From the NCBI GenBank assembly GCA_037308085.1, contig CP147779.1, positions 1,888,001 through 1,952,000 on the forward strand: a stretch of 64,000 bases of DNA, in the 5' to 3' direction. Positions 60,098-64,000 of this stretch are shown here, in pieces. The stretch is from Promethearchaeati archaeon SRVP18_Atabeyarchaeia-1 (GTDB taxonomy: Archaea; Asgardarchaeota; Atabeyarchaeia; Atabeyarchaeales; Atabeyarchaeaceae). The notes under the pieces were generated by a model that saw only the letters and a program-made list of their open reading frames with translations, had not been told where the DNA came from and searched no databases. Position 1 is the stretch's first letter, and every line of letters starts with the position of its first letter. Made by a program: the position numbers and the translations under genes.

Positions 60098-60235
60098 TCA
60101 TGGGAGTGGAAGCTCCTTATCGAGTTCCACGAAGTCCTTCCTGCCCTTCCTGACCTGCTCGAACCACCATGAGTCAGCCTTCGCTAGCTCCTTAGCCTTC
60201 TTGACTATCTTCTCGGCATGTTCGGGCGGGATCAC
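60098..60235 (-). pseudogene. C-terminal relic of an RraA-family gene cut at the IS left end
   Basis: VIPPEHAEKIVKKAKELAKAD matches the RraA C-terminal (DGVV)VIP..A..V motif and breaks exactly at the TCAC target. Confidence 0.55.
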
Positions 60236-61581
60236 AGTAGTCTTTGCGAGGAAGCCCACGCCCTTCAGGGGTGGGAGGAATCGCAGCGGCATGCCAGTTG
60301 TGAGCCTTAAATACCACCCACCCTGACGTCCTGTAGGGATACCATGAGAAAGTGCCTGCCCCTAAACCTCCTAAAGCCAACGGGGAAGAAGAGAAGAATC
60401 CTCAGGAAGACGTACGCCACGTACCTGGGAATTGTGAGGGAGGCGCTCTGCAGCCTTGGCGGCGCCAAGAGCAGGGCTCAACTCCACAACAAGACCTACA
60501 CGAGGCTCAGGGCGGAGCACAATATAGCATCCCAACTCGTGATTGAGGCAACAAGCCACGCGTGGAGCGCAGGGAAAACCGCGAGCAGAGGCGTGGAGGG
60601 GTGCATCGTCCGCTTCGACTCGCGCCTCTTCAGCTTCAGGCAAACCGAGAGAGGAAACCCTGTCCTAGCTCTGAGGACCAGCGCCGAGAGGATCGGCCTG
60701 CCGCTTTGTAGGGACGGCGCCTACCAGCGCCTCCAGGCACACCTCTTCCAAGGGTGGAAGCTGACCAGCATCATTATGAAGAGGAGCATGAGGTTCCTCG
60801 TCGTCCTCTCCAAGGAGATGCCCGCGTCTCAGGTGAGGCGCAACTGGCTGGGAGTGGATGTGAACAGCCCGAGGATCGCCACCTCTACCACAGGCCCAGA
60901 CTGCAGCGTCCTGAAGCAAGCCTACTACGGGATGGAGGTCGCCACAAGGCAGTTCAACTTCGAGAAGAGGCGTGCAGCACTCCAGCAGCTCAGGGACACC
61001 TCATCGAGAAGCAAGGCCGGACTAAAGCTTAAACGCCTCGCCAGGAGTCAGAGAAACTACGTGCGCACCAGCATCTGGCTCGTCGCCAACCAGATAGTGC
61101 AACAGGCAGAAGCACTCGGCGCAAACATCGCCATCGAGAAGCTGAGCCACCTCAGGAAGAGGCGGGGCGAGTGGAGCGCAGCGAGCCGCAGAAAGGTGAA
61201 CCGCACCCCCTACGGCTTCCTCAGACACGCCCTAAGACACGTAGCTGAGAGACGTGGTGTGCTGCTGGTTGAGGTTGATCCCAGGTACACGTCTCAGATG
61301 TGCCCCTACTGCGGGTACACGAGCAAGGCGAACTGGGTAGGCTACTCCTACTTCAAGTGCAGAGCATGTGGCTATGAGGCGAACCGAGACCGCGTTGCGA
61401 GCCTCAACATCGCCCTCAGGGCGGCCCAAACACAAGACACGTCCAGAGCCCACGAGATGGGCCAGTTTCCTGGGGGGAGCGCCTCCGTCAGTAGGCGCGT
61501 TTGGCAAGGTGAAGGGTTTGAAAGGCCGCGCCAGACAACCCCGAGTTGCAAGCCCACAAGCTTCAGCGGTGGGTAACTGAC
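60236..61581 (+). mobile_element. IS200/IS605-family (IS1341-type, tnpB-only) element
   Basis: TCAC 60232-60235, 15 nt, GAAG guide, LE hairpin 60255-60275; RE: CAAG, hairpin CCCAC..GTGGG, terminal TGAC 61578-61581. Confidence 0.85.
60344..61576 (+). CDS. tnpB: TnpB RNA-guided endonuclease
   Basis: LGVDVN, IAIEKL, VDPRYTSQMCPYCG, CRACG..NRDRVASLNIA; D-E-D triad intact. Confidence 0.93.
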   Translation: MRKCLPLNLLKPTGKKRRILRKTYATYLGIVREALCSLGGAKSRAQLHNKTYTRLRAEHNIASQLVIEATSHAWSAGKTASRGVEGCIVRFDSRLFSFRQTERGNPVLALRTSAERIGLPLCRDGAYQRLQAHLFQGWKLTSIIMKRSMRFLVVLSKEMPASQVRRNWLGVDVNSPRIATSTTGPDCSVLKQAYYGMEVATRQFNFEKRRAALQQLRDTSSRSKAGLKLKRLARSQRNYVRTSIWLVANQIVQQAEALGANIAIEKLSHLRKRRGEWSAASRRKVNRTPYGFLRHALRHVAERRGVLLVEVDPRYTSQMCPYCGYTSKANWVGYSYFKCRACGYEANRDRVASLNIALRAAQTQDTSRAHEMGQFPGGSASVSRRVWQGEGFERPRQTTPSCKPTSFSGG

Positions 61582-61629
61582 TCGCCAGCTTATATATCAC
61601 GCTTGGGTATTGAGTAGCGGTGAAAACTA

Positions 61630-62145
61630 ATGGCTGACGAGGCTCGAATCGAAAGGAAGGCGGAGAACTCTGAGGAATCCGTCTTCAAGACAATAAGCAG
61701 CCCGAAGAGGAGAGACATCATACGCCTACTGGGCGAAAACACGGAGGCAACTTTTACCGAGATCAAGCACTCAACAGGGGAAGACAGCCCCTCCCTCTCC
61801 TACCATCTGAGTACGCTCGAGAAACTCGTTGAGCAAAGGGAAGGAAGGTACGCGCTATCTGAGCTGGGCCAGGAGGTATACAAACTTATGAACGAGATAA
61901 TTGCATCGACGTCAGGAACATCAATGATTGGATCTGCAAGGAAGGCAGTCGCAGCCATGATAATCGCCAACGCCATTCTCTGGGCGGCGGCGATATTATC
62001 CGTATCGGTATTTGAGGGGAGGCTGAGCATGATGACGCTCTACAGCTTCTCGGCACTCTGGTTTGTAAGCAACATTGCGCTTTACTCAATATCGAAGAAG
62101 CTGGAATGGAGTGGCACAAGCAAGGTTCACGATTCACAGGGGTAA
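61630..62145 (+). CDS. ArsR-like winged-helix protein with two C-terminal TM helices
   Basis: VFKTISSPKRRDIIRLL...SLSYHL...YALSELG. Confidence 0.85.
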   Translation: MADEARIERKAENSEESVFKTISSPKRRDIIRLLGENTEATFTEIKHSTGEDSPSLSYHLSTLEKLVEQREGRYALSELGQEVYKLMNEIIASTSGTSMIGSARKAVAAMIIANAILWAAAILSVSVFEGRLSMMTLYSFSALWFVSNIALYSISKKLEWSGTSKVHDSQG

Positions 62146-62170
62146 TAGAAGCACATGTACCGTCCACCAC

Positions 62171-62818
62171 TCATTTTTCTCTCTGCAATATATAGGGCAG
62201 CACGCTCCTCAAGTCCTTCCCCCTAATCGCGATATCTGCTTTCTGTTTCACCTGGTCATCGCTTGTGTTGAAGGCAATACTGATCCCTGCCTCTTCGAAC
62301 AGGGGGATATCGAATCTACTGTCTCCTATTACCGCACAGTGGTCGGCGCTTGTCCCGCGCTCGGAAGCGAGTCGCCTGAAGACGTCAACCTTCCCCAGCA
62401 AGGGGACAACTTCCTCACCCTCGCCTGTCAATACTCCATTTTCGTCGGCAACCAAGCCATTGGCTAGCGAGCAGTCTATCCCAAGCTTCTTCTGGAGGCG
62501 ATCCGCAAGAATGGATATTCCAGCACTGATTATGGCAGTATAGCACCCAGCCCTCTTGAGCTTGGCTACCGTGGCCTTCGCTCCCCTCGTTATTCGAACA
62601 CCATCAAGGACCCTTTCAATTTCGCTGATGTGGACTCGCCCCCAGCGCCGAATATCTCTCCGCATCAGCTCTCCAAAATCAATTTCACCCGCCAGGTACC
62701 TACTGAGGTTGTCGTTCCTACCAACCTTGAATGCACTATGAACGCAACCCCAACTGCTATCATTGTCAACTAGTACGCCGTCCATATCAAAGACCACGAT
62801 TTCGACACGGCCTCTCAA
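62171..62818 (-). CDS. HAD-IB phosphatase, phosphoserine phosphatase-like
   Basis: FDMDGVL, SSW..H, IISAG, K, IGDSRFD. Confidence 0.88.
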   Translation of the reverse strand: MRGRVEIVVFDMDGVLVDNDSSWGCVHSAFKVGRNDNLSRYLAGEIDFGELMRRDIRRWGRVHISEIERVLDGVRITRGAKATVAKLKRAGCYTAIISAGISILADRLQKKLGIDCSLANGLVADENGVLTGEGEEVVPLLGKVDVFRRLASERGTSADHCAVIGDSRFDIPLFEEAGISIAFNTSDDQVKQKADIAIRGKDLRSVLPYILQREK

Positions 62819-62926
62819 TTGAAAACACCAGTTGCACTCTGTTCAAGACTTATCGACGGATTAGCCACGGGTAGGACAAACGCTCAGTCAGACCCTGGGC
62901 ACACGAGACGCACCCGGATCAGATTG

Positions 62927-64000
62927 CTAACTATTACTGGTTCCGTGGAGCCAGCTTCTGGATTTCTTTGAGATTACTGCTTTATCAGGGTTTATTCCAT
63001 GCCAACTTATCTCATACCCCAGCTGGCTGAGGAGGGCTTGAGGGCTCCTTATTCCAATTTCCTCTATTAGTTTCGACGCCGCGAATAGAGTCACAGCTCC
63101 GTTCGCTAGGAGAGTTTCGAACCTTTCGTCGATTTCCTTTAGCAGACTTTCTGAGACTAACTGGTCGCCGACCTTGACGTAGCCTGTGTGGGGTCTCTCC
63201 TCAATATCCTTCATTAGGGCTTCAACTGGAACATCCATTTGGCGAGAAAGATCCTTCAAATCAACCACATCCCCTTCAAGTTTCAACTCGATTTCCGAAA
63301 CCTTCTTGAGCTGCTTCGAGAAGACGTCAAATTCGATCTTCTTCAAGCGGTCCAGAATCGGTTTCAACGCGACGCTCTTGTCGAAGAACACAACGTCAAC
63401 GGGCAAACCTGACAGTTTTCTTGAGGCGCCAAGCTTCTTGTCTACAGCAATAATCATGTTGGGCACCGAGAGCTGCCTTATCTTCTGGATTTTCCTTTCA
63501 AGGTATTCCTTCGTCCAGAATCCGACTATTTCAAGATAGACTTTTACGCCGTCCTTCTCAAGGCTGAAGTCAGGTATCATCACTGTCCCAATACTCGTCA
63601 CAAGAGGTTCTGGTTCCCTTTGGATCTTCCAACCGGACCCGAATGCCACAAAGTCTCTCCAAAACTTTTCCTCGATCGCGCTGTCAAACGTTCGGATTGG
63701 TTCGACGGCGTGCTCACTCGGTGCCTCAATTTGGCCCTTGATTTCTCTGCAGTCTAGTTCAAACCCGTAGATCCGGGGAAACCCCTCTCTTCGCCTCAAT
63801 ATATCTGCCCTAATCTTCCAGTACTCACTCTCAAGTATTACCGGCAAGAGTTTGGCGATGGAGGTGCCGTACTTCTCGGTCATCTTCATTAGGGCCATTG
63901 GCCCCTCCACGGTTATCTCGTAGTCGTCTGCTCCCAGGTACTCAACGAAGTACATGAGCCCGAGCCGCTTGATGCTTCTGAAGATGTTCTTGAAGCTCCC
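62927..64000 (-). CDS. DUF790 family endonuclease (Bax1-like); 5' partial
   Basis: GP...KYG..A.LLP, FDSAIEEKF, REPEPL, IPDF, EIVGFWTKEYL; frame open to the window end. Confidence 0.88.
   Translation of the reverse strand, partial: GSFKNIFRSIKRLGLMYFVEYLGADDYEITVEGPMALMKMTEKYGTSIAKLLPVILESEYWKIRADILRRREGFPRIYGFELDCREIKGQIEAPSEHAVEPIRTFDSAIEEKFWRDFVAFGSGWKIQREPEPLVTSIGTVMIPDFSLEKDGVKVYLEIVGFWTKEYLERKIQKIRQLSVPNMIIAVDKKLGASRKLSGLPVDVVFFDKSVALKPILDRLKKIEFDVFSKQLKKVSEIELKLEGDVVDLKDLSRQMDVPVEALMKDIEERPHTGYVKVGDQLVSESLLKEIDERFETLLANGAVTLFAASKLIEEIGIRSPQALLSQLGYEISWHGINPDKAVISKKSRSWLHGTSNS

Noticed and set aside
701-63539. Numerous antisense or nested ORFs in the six-frame track (e.g. 3075..3584, 11648..12151, 24872..25462, 39488..40147)
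   Set aside because: Shadows of well-supported genes on the opposite strand or frame, with no independent motifs

Overview
Archaeal chromosomal window with BRE/TATA-type promoters, cofE, split GMP synthase subunit B, AOR family, DUF790/Bax1 and a corrinoid protein. A Roadblock-like fusion and a Zn-ribbon/RING-like protein hint at an Asgard-type host, though Bathyarchaeia cannot be excluded from sequence alone. Housekeeping and metabolic genes (fprA, SPATA20/YyaL, cofE, guaAB, tldD/pmbA, flavin reductase-rubredoxin, AOR) surround an accessory island at about 5.5-18.2 kb. The island's most striking feature is a tandem modular layout: [small Zn-ribbon ORF <-][small helical ORF ->][<- variable cargo][conserved 55-bp upstream element], present twice. 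The first cargo is a DUF262/GmrSD-like gene and the second is a GHKL ATPase plus B12-type radical SAM pair, a candidate undescribed defence or DNA-modification system in a swappable slot. Other highlights are an APC permease / Roadblock-nucleotidyltransferase / nucleotidyltransferase / metallophosphoesterase cluster, a 70-aa protein plus radical SAM pair, a corrinoid / GH94-like / 2x URO-D cluster, and several TnpB/OMEGA-type loci: an intact tnpB element with readable ends (predicted TAM TCAC), an orphan 100-bp copy of its omegaRNA end, a protein-free 364-bp element with a covarying pseudoknot, a TnpB-related gene and a tnpB pseudogene. There is also an unexplained structured region at about 56.95-57.16 kb. 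No rRNA, tRNA or CRISPR array was seen. All family calls come from motif recognition by eye, with no database searches.
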